Made by a program: the position numbers and the translations under genes
Part shown: piece after piece, positions 10,051-20,332 of the stretch
Position numbering within the stretch: position 1 is the stretch's first letter
How the letters are laid out: the number at the start of each line of letters is the position of its first letter
NCBI GenBank assembly: GCA_046483495.1
Contig: JAWODC010000015.1
Span: 15,962 to 79,961, forward strand
Reading direction: 5' to 3'
Length of the DNA: 64,000 nucleotides
DNA from: Desulfobacterales bacterium
GTDB taxonomy: Bacteria > Desulfobacterota > Desulfobacteria > Desulfobacterales > UBA5616
Notes under the pieces: model-generated
The model's database searches: none
The model's input: only the letters and a program-made list of their open reading frames with translations
Told to the model about the DNA's origin: nothing

Positions 10051-10695
10051 ATGGATACGGATTATCAAAACTGGCTGTGGGGCAGGTGGGCGGAAAAATG
10101 CATGGAAAATCTCGTAAAAAACGGTTTTGATGCGATCTTTGCCGACAGTGCCGGTGATGCGAAGCGCATCGTTCTGGACCGTTTTTCACATTTTTCGACG
10201 TATGGAGTCGGCGGATCGGATACCATTCGGAAAATCGGCATTCCGGATGAGCTCCGAAAAGCGGGAAAAACCGTATATGATCACTGGCAGGAAGGATTGT
10301 CATCCGAACAAGAGCTTGAAATCCGGCTGAATCAAGGTCGGTGCGACTGTTTTTTCTGCAGTGCAAACGGCATATCCTTAACGGGGGAAATCGTCAACAT
10401 AGATGGAATGGGCAACCGCAACAATGCCATGACTTTCGGACCCAAAAAAGTGGTGATTGTGGCGGGTATGAACAAGGTTGCGGAAAATCTGGATGCGGCG
10501 ATCAAACGGGTACACGATATTGCTGCTCCCATGCGCGCCAAGAGCCTGGGAATGAATACCCCTTGCGCGGAAACCGGCATCTGCAGCGACTGCCATTCTC
10601 CTCAGCGGATATGCAGAATTACAACAATTCTTCATCGCAGGCCCGTAATCACCGATATATCGGTTTTACTGGTAAACGAAAAGCTCGGCTTTTAA
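10051..10695 (+). CDS. LUD-domain (lactate utilization/YkgG-like) protein
   Basis: GGS.T, SANGIS..GEIVNIDG.GNR, FGPKKV....G.NK, PC..TG.CSDC.SP.RIC, E.LGF. Confidence 0.88.
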   Translation: MDTDYQNWLWGRWAEKCMENLVKNGFDAIFADSAGDAKRIVLDRFSHFSTYGVGGSDTIRKIGIPDELRKAGKTVYDHWQEGLSSEQELEIRLNQGRCDCFFCSANGISLTGEIVNIDGMGNRNNAMTFGPKKVVIVAGMNKVAENLDAAIKRVHDIAAPMRAKSLGMNTPCAETGICSDCHSPQRICRITTILHRRPVITDISVLLVNEKLGF

Positions 10696-10727
10696 GAACA
10701 TGAAAAAATAATACCCTATAGGAGAAA

Positions 10728-11720
10728 GTGAATCGTATGAAATACTTCGCTCTAACGTTTTGTTTGCTGACTGTTGGGTTCGCCATTCTTATAACCCAGC
10801 CGGCAAGTGCTGTGGAAACGCCCGAACCGAACGAGGTTCTTGCAACCGTGAACGGCGCCGAGATCACAGAAAAAGAATTCAATGTGTCCCTGGACTTTTT
10901 CGAGCAGCGAATGGCCCTGCAAAACCAGGAGATCACGGATGACCAGCTTTCCGAAGTGAAAAAACGAATTCTGGAAAACATGATCGATGCGGAACTGCTT
11001 CTTCAGGCAGCGAAAAAAGAAGGCTACAAACTGAATGAAGAGGCGTTTCAAACCCAATGGTCCCGTGTGGAAGAACGCATGAAAAATGATGCGGAATATA
11101 AAAAACATATCAATGACATGAATCTCTCTACCGGGGAGATGAAGGAACAGATCAGGCGCCAGATGCTCATACAGGAGTTTGTTACCCAAAAATTTATTGA
11201 ACCGGTTTCGGTATCCGAGGATGAAATCACCTCTTATTATGAAGCCAATAAAGATTCCTTCCATACACCCGAGCAGGTGAAAGCCGGGCATATCCTCATC
11301 AAGGTAAACCCGGAAGCGGATGAAAAAGAGAGAGCGGCCGCAAAAGAAAAAATAAGGGACATTCAGGAGCAGTTGAAAGGCGGTGCCGATTTTTCAGCTT
11401 TGGCTCAGAAGTATTCGCAGTGTCCGAGCAAGTCCGACGGCGGAGACCTGGGATTCTTTTCCCGGGGCAAAATGGTCAAGCCGTTCGAGGATGCGGCCTT
11501 CAAACTGAAGGAGGGTGAAGTCAGCGACATCGTTGCCACCAATTTTGGATTCCATCTGATAAAGGTGACCGATCGAAAAGAGGCATCGACAATGACACGC
11601 GATGAAGCGGCTCCGAAAATCCAATCGTTCTTGAAGCAGCAAAAAGTTCAGGAAAATGTCATGTCCTTCTTAAAGGAACATCGCGAAAAAGCCGACATCA
11701 GCCACAGTGCAGAATTCTAA
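10728..11720 (+). CDS. Periplasmic parvulin peptidyl-prolyl isomerase (SurA/PrsA-like)
   Basis: Signal peptide, VLATVNG.EIT, HILIK, SQCPS..GGDLGFF.RG.MV.PFE.AAF, T.FGFHLI. Confidence 0.92.
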   Translation: MNRMKYFALTFCLLTVGFAILITQPASAVETPEPNEVLATVNGAEITEKEFNVSLDFFEQRMALQNQEITDDQLSEVKKRILENMIDAELLLQAAKKEGYKLNEEAFQTQWSRVEERMKNDAEYKKHINDMNLSTGEMKEQIRRQMLIQEFVTQKFIEPVSVSEDEITSYYEANKDSFHTPEQVKAGHILIKVNPEADEKERAAAKEKIRDIQEQLKGGADFSALAQKYSQCPSKSDGGDLGFFSRGKMVKPFEDAAFKLKEGEVSDIVATNFGFHLIKVTDRKEASTMTRDEAAPKIQSFLKQQKVQENVMSFLKEHREKADISHSAEF

Positions 11721-11728
11721 AACGTCAG

Positions 11729-11770
11729 GTCCGGAGGGTTGCCTGTAATGTGCAGCTCTCCGGACTTTAC
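11729..11770 (+). terminator. Putative terminator hairpin after the PPIase gene
   Basis: GTCCGGAG...CTCCGGAC inverted repeat followed by TTT. Confidence 0.5.
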
Positions 11771-11899
11771 ATCGGTTCCGCCCAAGGGCACAGTCCTCAG
11801 GAAAATGCCGCCTGAACACGTTCAAACGCCCGTTTTCGGCGACAACGTTATTGTCAACTCGTTAAAATTCCCGAACGGGCAAGCTATAAGTGGGGGGAA

Positions 11900-13543
11900 A
11901 TGAATGCTTTGAAGGATCTGCAGGCCTGGAAGGCTCTTGAACGTCATTTCAGACGAATCGAGAAGCGCCATATGCGTGACCTTTTCGTGGAAGATTCGGG
12001 ACGGTTTCCTCGATTTTCCATGAAATTGGACGATATTCTGTTCGATTTCTCCAAAAACCGTATTACGGAAGAGACGCTGGCCCTGCTTGTCGATCTTGCG
12101 ACTCAGGCCCGGTTGTCCGATTGGATAAACGCGATGTTCAGCGGTGAAAAAATAAATATCACCGAAAACAGAGCGGTTTTGCATATTGCCCTTCGAAACC
12201 GTTCCAACCGCCCCATTCGGGTTGACGGGAAGAATGTCATGCCGGATGTCAATCGCGTACTGGAGAAAATGGCGCGTTTTTGTGATGCCGTTAGAAGCGG
12301 CCAATGGCGGGGAAGCGGCGATCGCCCCATCACGGATGTGGTCAACATCGGCATCGGCGGATCCGACTTAGGGCCTAGAATGGTTGTTTCGGCGCTTGAT
12401 TTTTACGCCAAACCTGAACTGCGCATCCACTTTATATCCAACGTGGACGGGACCGACCTGGCAACGCAGCTCGCTGAACTCGATCCGAGCACAACGCTTT
12501 TTATTATTTCATCCAAAAGTTTCACCACGCAGGAAACCATGATGAATGCGGCATCGGCAAAGGAATGGTTTTCGTCGAAGTTTCCCGGCGGCGACGTTGC
12601 AAAACATTTTGTAGCGGTGTCCACCAATGAAAAACGGGTGGCGGAATTCGGCATCGATCCAAAAAACATGTTCGAATTCTGGGATTGGGTTGGCGGCCGA
12701 TATTCCGTATGGTCCGCTATCGGCCTTTCCGTGGCCGTCGCCATCGGAATGGCGCGCTTTCAGGAATTTCTCGAGGGAGCCCACGATGTCGATGAACACT
12801 TTCGCACTGCACCGTTTTCAGAAAACATCCCGGTGATCATGGGGCTGCTCGGCATATGGTACACCAATTTCTTCAACGCCCAAACCCACGCCGTTCTGCC
12901 CTACGATCAATATCTATACCGATTTCCGGCGTATCTTCAGCAAGGCGATATGGAAAGCAACGGCAAGCGTGCCACCCGGCACGGGGACATCGTGGATTAT
13001 GCCACCGGACCCGTTATCTGGGGCGAGCCGGGAACCAATGGGCAGCATGCCTTTTTTCAGCTTCTGCATCAGGGAACCCGGCTTGTACCCTGCGATTTTC
13101 TCGCGCCTGCAATAAGCCTCAACCCCGTTGAGAATCACCACATCGTGCTTCTATCCAATTTCCTGGCCCAAACCGAGGCCCTTATGAAAGGCCGCTCAGA
13201 AGCGGAGGCCTCAGCTTACCTCAAGCAAAACGGTGTATCGGGTGAAAATCTGAAACGGTTGGCATCTGCAAAGAGCTTTCCAGGCAATATGCCCAGCAAT
13301 TCCATCATCTACAGGAAGCTTACGCCCAAAACACTGGGTATGCTGATCGCCCTTTACGAACACAAAATTTTTACTCAGGGGATTATCTGGAACATCAACT
13401 CTTTCGATCAGATGGGAGTGGAGTTAGGCAAGCAACTGGCCAAGGTCATCGTGCCGGAACTTGAAAAGGATGCGCCGATCTCGGAACACGACGCCTCGAC
13501 ATCGGGTTTGATACATCATATCCGGAGCGAAATAAGGACCTGA
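11900..13543 (+). CDS. pgi: Glucose-6-phosphate isomerase
   Basis: [60 protein letters not shown]. Confidence 0.98.
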   Translation: MNALKDLQAWKALERHFRRIEKRHMRDLFVEDSGRFPRFSMKLDDILFDFSKNRITEETLALLVDLATQARLSDWINAMFSGEKINITENRAVLHIALRNRSNRPIRVDGKNVMPDVNRVLEKMARFCDAVRSGQWRGSGDRPITDVVNIGIGGSDLGPRMVVSALDFYAKPELRIHFISNVDGTDLATQLAELDPSTTLFIISSKSFTTQETMMNAASAKEWFSSKFPGGDVAKHFVAVSTNEKRVAEFGIDPKNMFEFWDWVGGRYSVWSAIGLSVAVAIGMARFQEFLEGAHDVDEHFRTAPFSENIPVIMGLLGIWYTNFFNAQTHAVLPYDQYLYRFPAYLQQGDMESNGKRATRHGDIVDYATGPVIWGEPGTNGQHAFFQLLHQGTRLVPCDFLAPAISLNPVENHHIVLLSNFLAQTEALMKGRSEAEASAYLKQNGVSGENLKRLASAKSFPGNMPSNSIIYRKLTPKTLGMLIALYEHKIFTQGIIWNINSFDQMGVELGKQLAKVIVPELEKDAPISEHDASTSGLIHHIRSEIRT

Positions 13544-13574
13544 ATCCCCTGTCTTGAAAACCGGAAAGAACCTT

Positions 13575-14426
13575 TCATGCCAAACCGGATTTTTCCAACC
13601 ATCGCAGGGAAAGCTCGAAATTTTTTTTCGCTGCGTCGGTTCGGGCAAAACCACCCTCACGCGGCGATGCAAGCCCTCTTAACTCCGTAATATTCATCAG
13701 GCAAAAATTGTTGAAGGCGGATTCGATTTCGGCGGTCAATCCCATGGACTGCTCCATGTGGTTTATGGAAAATTTGCACAGCCTCACCCGTGATGGATTG
13801 TCCAGATAGTTGTCCGCAACCCGCTGTGCATAGGCAAGTGTCTCTTTCTCGAGCGATTCCGGGGAAAAAACCCGATTCACAAAACCATACGCATATGCCT
13901 CTTTGGCGGTAATATAGCGATGCTCGAAAAGAATTTCTTTTGCCCGTCTCGGTCCGATATCCCACGGAACGGAAAAATACTCGACAAATCCGGGCAGAAA
14001 CAGGGCGTCCTCGGCGGCAAATACGACATCCATCGCCGAGGCCACCATCCATCCCCCGAAAATGCAATACCCATGGACCATTGCAATCGTGGGTTTGGCC
14101 GCATTCCGCCAGGACAATGTAAAATCGATGTACAACTTGCGCATATCTTCAAACAACCGGTGCACGTCCGAATCGCCGTGAACGGCATAACCCTGCTGCT
14201 TTTTATAGCTGTTGTCTTCTTCTGTTCCAATGTCATGACCGGCCGAAAAAGCCCGACCATTCCCCGAAAGGAGGATTGCCCCGCAGTGCGGGTCGTCTGC
14301 GGCGGCTACCATTGCGCTGTCGATTTCTTCCAGCATCCGGTAGCTTTGGGCATTGAGGTATTCCGGACGATTCAGAATGATGCGTGCCGTTTTGCCGGGC
14401 CGATAGATAATGTGCTGATAGTCCAT
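13575..14426 (-). CDS. Enoyl-CoA hydratase/isomerase (crotonase) family protein
   Basis: LNRPE.LNA, GRAFSAGHD, KPTIAMVHGYCIFGG. GAGGGAGG RBS before MDYQH. Confidence 0.88.
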   Translation of the reverse strand: MDYQHIIYRPGKTARIILNRPEYLNAQSYRMLEEIDSAMVAAADDPHCGAILLSGNGRAFSAGHDIGTEEDNSYKKQQGYAVHGDSDVHRLFEDMRKLYIDFTLSWRNAAKPTIAMVHGYCIFGGWMVASAMDVVFAAEDALFLPGFVEYFSVPWDIGPRRAKEILFEHRYITAKEAYAYGFVNRVFSPESLEKETLAYAQRVADNYLDNPSRVRLCKFSINHMEQSMGLTAEIESAFNNFCLMNITELRGLASPREGGFARTDAAKKNFELSLRWLEKSGLA

Positions 14427-14458
14427 AGCATGCCTCCCTCGTAAATGCATGTCAATGT

Positions 14459-15130
14459 TCATAGTCCGAGGTCTTCATTGATCAGAACGATCTTGATCCG
14501 CCCTGGTGGAAAGCTCTTTTCGGTGATTGTCCATGTATTGCAGATCCTCATGGGGCTGCTGCAGTTACTGCAAACGGAAGTTTTTGTGCACGGCGGATCG
14601 AGTTCGGGATGCTCTTGATGATGTCGGATGGCATTCACCGGGGCAGCGTAATCTCGGATTCGCTGCATCGCGGCATCCAGATCGGATACGATCTTGTTCC
14701 GGCCCACGATAATCACGACATGCGTTGGGCCGAAGGTAATGGCACCGACACGGTTACCGACCATATCCAAATTGACCAACTGCCCCTTTTGCGTCACGGC
14801 GTTGGTGCCGGTAATGAACAAATCGACCAAAAGGGCTTTTCGGCGCAGCTTCAATGCATCTGCAAAGGATATTCCCGGTTCGAATGTATCCAGGAATTCA
14901 AGCTCCGGCTGTTGCTTTATTGATTCGAAAATCCCTGTACTTACGGCTGTCAGTGAATCCCCCATTGAAATCCGTTTGGCACCGCTTTTTAAAAGGATGA
15001 CCTGCAAAACGATTTCTTTTGCTTCATGTCGGTCTTCTGCCAAATAGACGTCGAAGTTATTTTTCTCCAACCTTATTTTCAGATTATCCAAACGAGTTTT
15101 CCAGAACAGGTCATCTGCGAGCGTTATCAT
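14459..15130 (-). CDS. LUD-domain protein (second paralog)
   Basis: TGTNAVT..GQLVNLD..GNRV, FGP.HV....GRNKIV, PC..T..CSNC.SP.RICN. Confidence 0.88.
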   Translation of the reverse strand: MITLADDLFWKTRLDNLKIRLEKNNFDVYLAEDRHEAKEIVLQVILLKSGAKRISMGDSLTAVSTGIFESIKQQPELEFLDTFEPGISFADALKLRRKALLVDLFITGTNAVTQKGQLVNLDMVGNRVGAITFGPTHVVIIVGRNKIVSDLDAAMQRIRDYAAPVNAIRHHQEHPELDPPCTKTSVCSNCSSPMRICNTWTITEKSFPPGRIKIVLINEDLGL

Positions 15131-15179
15131 GCAATCCTCCACCCCGTCGTTACATTGAATTTTTTCATTTTCAGATGGG

Positions 15180-15515
15180 TTAAAAAGTTAGAGCCCTGTA
15201 CCGGCTGCTGAAAAATCCGCCACCCGCTTTCTGCAGCCGCGCTTTTGGAAGTCCGTTTTCAAGAGCTTGCACCCGGCATATAAACCGCCACCCGCGCCTA
15301 CGCCATTTAAACTGAAACTCTACTTCCTCCAAATCGCCTTCCCGCTCATGTTCGATGTTGAAAACAGCGTCGACAGGAATGTTCACTTTTTCCCCTGCAA
15401 TTTGGATCCTGAACGGTTTGCCTTGTTCCAGACTGTCGGCGAGTCTTCTTAATTTCATTACCATCTGACCCGCCGGATATCTCTTTTCTATGTCTCTGTC
15501 GTCTTTTTTGGCCAT
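15180..15515 (-). CDS. Amphi-Trp domain protein (with extended C-terminus)
   Basis: RDIEKRY....MV.KLRRLADSLEQGKPFRIQIAGE.V.IP.DA.FNIEHEREG..EEVEFQFKW. Confidence 0.8.
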   Translation of the reverse strand: MAKKDDRDIEKRYPAGQMVMKLRRLADSLEQGKPFRIQIAGEKVNIPVDAVFNIEHEREGDLEEVEFQFKWRRRGWRFICRVQALENGLPKARLQKAGGGFFSSRYRALTF

Positions 15516-15552
15516 AATGAAGGTGTCCTATGTTCGATGGCCGGCATTTTTC

Positions 15553-16404
15553 CTAAGGGGAGCCGTTTTTCGATGGTTTGTAATACAAGAGCGCATTTGC
15601 ATATGGCGAGAGCCGGTTGACCAGATCTTTCATTTCATTGTCGGCCATCGGGCTGAACGTATTTGCCAGATGAACATTTTCTTCTAATTGTTGAACCGTA
15701 TCACAGCCGATGACAGCCGTGGCGATAGTCTGTGATAGTGCAAAACGGAAGTACGGCGCCACACTCGTGAATCCGGGAACGCGTGCAACGACCCCTCTGA
15801 CGTAAACCTTCATACCGATAACGCCCATTTTCTTTTCATGGGCGAGCGGCGCCACAATTTCCAAAAAATTGTCGTAGGCAGGTTCCGCCGGGTTTGCCGG
15901 GATCAAGACCGTGTCAAAGTCATACAGCTCGAGGCAGCGCCTCAATACGTAAGGGTCATGGTGGCCGGTGATGCCGACAAATCGCGTACTCCCCTGGCGT
16001 TTCGATTGGTCGAATGCCTCTATTGCCCCGCCGGACCCGAATATCTCGGCGATATCCTGCTGATTTCTTACATCATGAACCTGCCATAAATCAAGATAAT
16101 CCGTACGCATATGATGAAGGGTCTCCCTCAAATGCGCCAGAGCTCCCGATTTATTCCTTGCATGCGATTTGCTGGTAAGGAAAATGTCTTTACGCCTTTC
16201 CTTCAGGGCCGACCCATAATAGGACTCGCTTCCCGAATAGGCCCGCGCCGATTCCAGGTAGTTTATTCCCAAATCAATCGCCCGATTAATGAGATGAACG
16301 GATTCCTTTTCGTAGCCGTAGGTTCTGAGTATGCCTTCTCCGCCAAGGCCCAGAATGGTCACGTCCACCCCGGTCTTGCCGAGTTTTCGTTTAGGTATTT
16401 TCAT
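15553..16404 (-). CDS. Aldo/keto reductase
   Basis: RKLGKTG.DVT.LGLGG, GINY...A..Y, TSK, DYLDLWQVH, RFVGITGH, GVIGMK. Confidence 0.9.
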   Translation of the reverse strand: MKIPKRKLGKTGVDVTILGLGGEGILRTYGYEKESVHLINRAIDLGINYLESARAYSGSESYYGSALKERRKDIFLTSKSHARNKSGALAHLRETLHHMRTDYLDLWQVHDVRNQQDIAEIFGSGGAIEAFDQSKRQGSTRFVGITGHHDPYVLRRCLELYDFDTVLIPANPAEPAYDNFLEIVAPLAHEKKMGVIGMKVYVRGVVARVPGFTSVAPYFRFALSQTIATAVIGCDTVQQLEENVHLANTFSPMADNEMKDLVNRLSPYANALLYYKPSKNGSP

Positions 16405-16921
16405 GGATCCCCCCTATTTCAAGGTCATTTACGGCCATCTATTTTTTTGCACCTGATTTTTTAAATTAGCACAGAACATGCACCGCATCAAATAAGGTGC
16501 AGGAATTCTCTCCCTTCTTTTATTTAATCCAATATCAACAACTTAATTTAACTTTTACGGCTGGTTCGGCACACGAATAAAGAAAAAAACATACAAGAGC
16601 AAATGTGGGAAATTGGAGCTGCTGTTGGCGGCAATAAGGCAGAACGGAAAATAAACCGGCCATGAAAAAGGAATGAATGAAAAATCCTACTATTTGAATA
16701 ACCATTTGTCTTAAGTGGTTATTCGAATATTCGTGGTCGGCGGGCTGCCGGGCAGAAGAAAAATTCCTACATTTTTCCACGATTCGAGACGAATTCGAAG
16801 CCCAATCAGGCCTTATTCCTCCCCTATATTTGCAATCCTGCACTATTTTGTAGGCAATCGAAAACGAAATCCCGGTTTGCCGCGGTTATTCGGGCTTCAT
16901 TCATTCGATTCCCATTTCAAT

Positions 16922-16938
16922 TTGGCATATACATTGCT
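16922..16938 (+). promoter_or_regulatory. Sigma-54 (-24/-12) promoter of the GT2 gene
   Basis: TTGGCAT-ATACA-TTGCT with canonical GG-N10-GC spacing, ~75 bp upstream of the start codon. Confidence 0.75.
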
Positions 16939-17011
16939 TTAGACCATCTTCCAATCGGATGCTGTAAGCTTCCGACAAGCTCATTCGCCTCGGCAATATG
17001 GCGACAACAGG

Positions 17012-18505
17012 ATGGATGGACCGAAAATGAAATCGAATACAGTGGATACGGTAAGCGAAGAACCGAACCCCAAAACCGGGATAAAAAGAATGGCCGATTT
17101 TCAGCGGATTTTATTCTCCGGGGGTTTTTTCTCTTTCATTTCCCAGCAGAAGTCATGGTTTCCGGCGTTTTTAGTTTGCATAATCTTTTCCATATCTATG
17201 ATGATCAGCGAGCGTCGCAGCATGCTTTTTCCGGAAGATATCATTAACGGGTTTTTCGGAAAGACGGTTATCTGCACTGGAGTGGTTTTTCTGCTGATCC
17301 ATGCCGCCGGGTTGATATGGCGGATGATTCTGTTTCACCGCTATCGGCCCATTCCGGTTGTTTCGGATGAACAGCTCCCCTCGTGCACGGTTCTGGTACC
17401 TGCATTCAATGAAGGGCGACAGGTTCTCTTGACGCTTAAAAGCCTTGTAACCAGTGATTATCCTCCAAATCGGATGGAAATTATCGCAGTGGATGACGGC
17501 AGTGCGGACAGCACCTGGTCCTGGATCAAAAAAGCGGAAAGTGAATTTCCCGGTCGAATCAAGGCAATGAAGCTGCCGGTCAACAAAGGAAAGCGCCACG
17601 CACTTCATGCCGGAATCCTGAAAAGTTCGGGCGAAATTCTTGTGACGGTGGACAGCGATTCCGTCGTCTTGGCCCGGACACTTCGAAATCTTGTCGGCCC
17701 GTTTATATGCGACGGCCGGGTAGGGGCGGTAGCCGGCAATGTTCGCGTTCTAAATCGACGCCACGGTATCATTCCCAGAATGCTCGATGTTGTCTTCATT
17801 TACAGCTTTGATTTTATTCGGGCCGGGCAAAGCGTTGTCAAAACAGTCATGTGTACGCCCGGAGCGCTTTCCGCATATCGACGAAGCGCTGCTATGACGG
17901 TATTGGATGAGTGGCTGAACCAGACGTTTTTCGGCCGACCCGCCAATATCGGAGAAGACCGGGCCATGACCAACTTGATCCTCAGAGAAGGCTTTCACGT
18001 TCTTTTTCAGCAAAATGCGACGGTCTATACAAACGTGCCGACCGACTATGCCGTGTTATGCAAGATGTTTTTGAGGTGGGCTCGCAGCAACATCCGCGAA
18101 ACGTTGGCCATGAGCCGATTCGCCTTTCGCCGATTCCGTCGAGGCTCCATGCTTGGGGCGCGTGTGAATTTGATTCTGGGCTGGATTTCACTGATTCGAT
18201 CACCGCTGTTTTTTTTTACGGCGGCGGCATTGGCCTTGTTTCATCCACAGGTATTCGGAATGACCACTGTTGCGGGCATTATCATCTTTTCCAGCCTTAT
18301 GGCCGGCTTGTATCTCCTGCAGACAAGGCGTATCGATGCCCTGTGGGCATATGCCTATGGTGCGTTCTGGATTTTGGGACTCAGCTGGATAATGCCCTAT
18401 GCCCTCGTGACACCACACCGGTCCGGATGGCTGACGCGTCAACTCGAACACGAGTCTTATCGGGTGAGAACCCCGATCCTGAAGGAGAAAGCCTTGAGGC
18501 ATTGA
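17012..18505 (+). CDS. Membrane-bound processive glycosyltransferase family 2 (HasA/NodC/PgaC-like)
   Basis: VPAFNE, VDDGS, GKRHA, VDSDS, CTPGALSAYR, GEDRAMT, MFLRW; N- and C-terminal TM helices. Confidence 0.88.
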   Translation: MDGPKMKSNTVDTVSEEPNPKTGIKRMADFQRILFSGGFFSFISQQKSWFPAFLVCIIFSISMMISERRSMLFPEDIINGFFGKTVICTGVVFLLIHAAGLIWRMILFHRYRPIPVVSDEQLPSCTVLVPAFNEGRQVLLTLKSLVTSDYPPNRMEIIAVDDGSADSTWSWIKKAESEFPGRIKAMKLPVNKGKRHALHAGILKSSGEILVTVDSDSVVLARTLRNLVGPFICDGRVGAVAGNVRVLNRRHGIIPRMLDVVFIYSFDFIRAGQSVVKTVMCTPGALSAYRRSAAMTVLDEWLNQTFFGRPANIGEDRAMTNLILREGFHVLFQQNATVYTNVPTDYAVLCKMFLRWARSNIRETLAMSRFAFRRFRRGSMLGARVNLILGWISLIRSPLFFFTAAALALFHPQVFGMTTVAGIIIFSSLMAGLYLLQTRRIDALWAYAYGAFWILGLSWIMPYALVTPHRSGWLTRQLEHESYRVRTPILKEKALRH

Positions 18506-18633
18506 GGAAGAGGGAATTGTGCCGCTTTTAGAGATTTTTTTGCAAGAATTCAGAAGCCGGAAGAAAAGAATCGGAATAGAATACCCCCCCATTTTCTTCT
18601 GACTTCAGATCTCCGGCTCCTGTTTTCTTTTTA

Positions 18634-18670
18634 AAAGCCCGACCGGCAAGATTTTTGTCGGTCGGGCTTT
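18634..18670. terminator. Rho-independent terminator hairpin
   Basis: AAAGCCCGACCGGCAA...TTGTCGGTCGGGCTTT downstream of the GT2 gene. Confidence 0.65.
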
Positions 18671-18963
18671 CAATTTTTAAGCCCCTTATGAAATATATTT
18701 TCGGAACCGTTTGAAGTTGCACGACAGGCATTGCATCCGACAGGGCCGTCTATTTGTCGATTTCGAAACGGTTGACAGGTCCTCATTCTTCACATAAAGT
18801 TGTATAAACACGGAACCTGATCGAGCCTTGATGCAGGTAATGGAATAAAACCCAACCCCTTGATCTTATTTTACTTGCGGCTTTCATATCGGAGGGCAGA
18901 GCGTTTGGACCGTTCGCCGGTGAATGGTCCAAACCGATCCACCTTTTAAGTCGAGTCAGGAGT

Positions 18964-20160
18964 ATGATGCTTCCCCGTCACGAAGCTCTGTTCAGTCCTT
19001 CAACGATCGGTAATCACGCCATCAATAATCGCCTGGTCCTGGCGCCGACCTACGTCGGCAGCGCATCCGAAAAAGGAGGCAGGGTTACCGATCAGACCTT
19101 GTGCTATTATTATACCCGGGCCAAGGCCGGTGTCGGACTGGTCATCGTAGAGGTAACGGGTATTACCGGCCGGCATGCTTTTTCTCCAGGGCTTGGATTA
19201 GGCGCAGCATCGGATAAGAGTATTCCCGGGTTGAGCGATCTGGCCCGGGTTATCCATTGGGGCGGCGCCAAAGGAATCGTTCAATTGACCCTTGGTCAGG
19301 GAGCGCAGGCCTTCTACCATCATCGTCAACGGCCCCTGGTCGGTCCTTCGGACATTCCTGCTGTATTGCCGGTAGAAGGGCTTCCGAAAAATATCAGCGA
19401 TTTCTGCCGCATAAAGCCGGAAATACCCGTACCCGTAAGTACGGAGGACATTCGCCTGCTTACGTCGGATGTCCTGCGTGCCGCAGGGAGGGTTCTCAAA
19501 GCCGGTTTCGAAGGCATCGAACTTCACGGAGCTCACGGTTACCTTCTTTCCCAATTCACCTCACCTTATTTTAACCGAAGACGTGATGAATACGGCGGTT
19601 CGCGGGAGAATCGGCATCGACTTTCCGTAGAAATCGTCAGGCAATTAAAAGAAGCATTGGGAATGAACGCCGTTATCGGATATCGGCTTAGCGCCCGGGA
19701 ATGGATTCCAGGTGGAGCCGGACTTTCCGATTCGGTCCGGCTTTCACAGCGGCTTGAAGGGGCCGGAATCGACTATATTTCCGTGAGCCAGGGGTGTTTC
19801 GGCAGCGTCACCCACGTATTCCCGGCAGGCGAGGACACAATCACCGCGGACGCCGAAAAAATAAAAAATGAAGTGTCCATTCCGGTGATGTGTGCCAATT
19901 TCCAAAACCCGGATACAGCTGCACGGGCAGTAGAAAACGGCTCAATTGATTTTGTCGCCCTATCGCGAGCTTTGTTGTCAGACCCCTATTGGATTGCCAA
20001 GGTTCGACAGGGCAAGCCCGAAACCATCCGAAAGTGTATCCGCTGCTATCAATGCATTGAAGCGGCGAATTTGAACCACCTGCCGGTCCGATGCCCGGTT
20101 AATCCGGTCCTGGGATTCGAGCGGTTCGATCCGGACTGCCGGCCGGTACCGCCGCTTTAA
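18964..20160 (+). CDS. NADH:flavin oxidoreductase (Old Yellow Enzyme family)
   Basis: NRLVLAP, YY.RAK.GVGL, GFEGIELHGAHGYLLSQF.SP..NRR.DEYGGS.ENR, CIRCYQC...C.VNP. Confidence 0.92.
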   Translation: MMLPRHEALFSPSTIGNHAINNRLVLAPTYVGSASEKGGRVTDQTLCYYYTRAKAGVGLVIVEVTGITGRHAFSPGLGLGAASDKSIPGLSDLARVIHWGGAKGIVQLTLGQGAQAFYHHRQRPLVGPSDIPAVLPVEGLPKNISDFCRIKPEIPVPVSTEDIRLLTSDVLRAAGRVLKAGFEGIELHGAHGYLLSQFTSPYFNRRRDEYGGSRENRHRLSVEIVRQLKEALGMNAVIGYRLSAREWIPGGAGLSDSVRLSQRLEGAGIDYISVSQGCFGSVTHVFPAGEDTITADAEKIKNEVSIPVMCANFQNPDTAARAVENGSIDFVALSRALLSDPYWIAKVRQGKPETIRKCIRCYQCIEAANLNHLPVRCPVNPVLGFERFDPDCRPVPPL

Positions 20161-20196
20161 AGCCGGAGAAAAGAAGACGGCATTTGAAGCGGCTCA

Positions 20197-20331
20197 CTAT
20201 CGGAGAAGGCCCACGATACCAAAAACGATCAGGTAAACGGCCACGATATAGTTGAGCAGCCTCGGCATGACCAGAATCAAAATGCCCGCAATCAGAGAAA
20301 TGATCGGTTGGAGATAAACACCCGTTTCCAT
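20197..20331 (-). CDS. DUF3096-type small membrane protein (44 aa)
   Basis: Below the ORF-track cutoff. Hand translation METGVYLQPIISLIAGILILVMPRLLNYIVAVYLIVFGIVGLLR, with the PRLLNYIVA signature and a GGAGG RBS. Confidence 0.85.
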   Translation of the reverse strand: METGVYLQPIISLIAGILILVMPRLLNYIVAVYLIVFGIVGLLR

Positions 20332-20332
20332 G

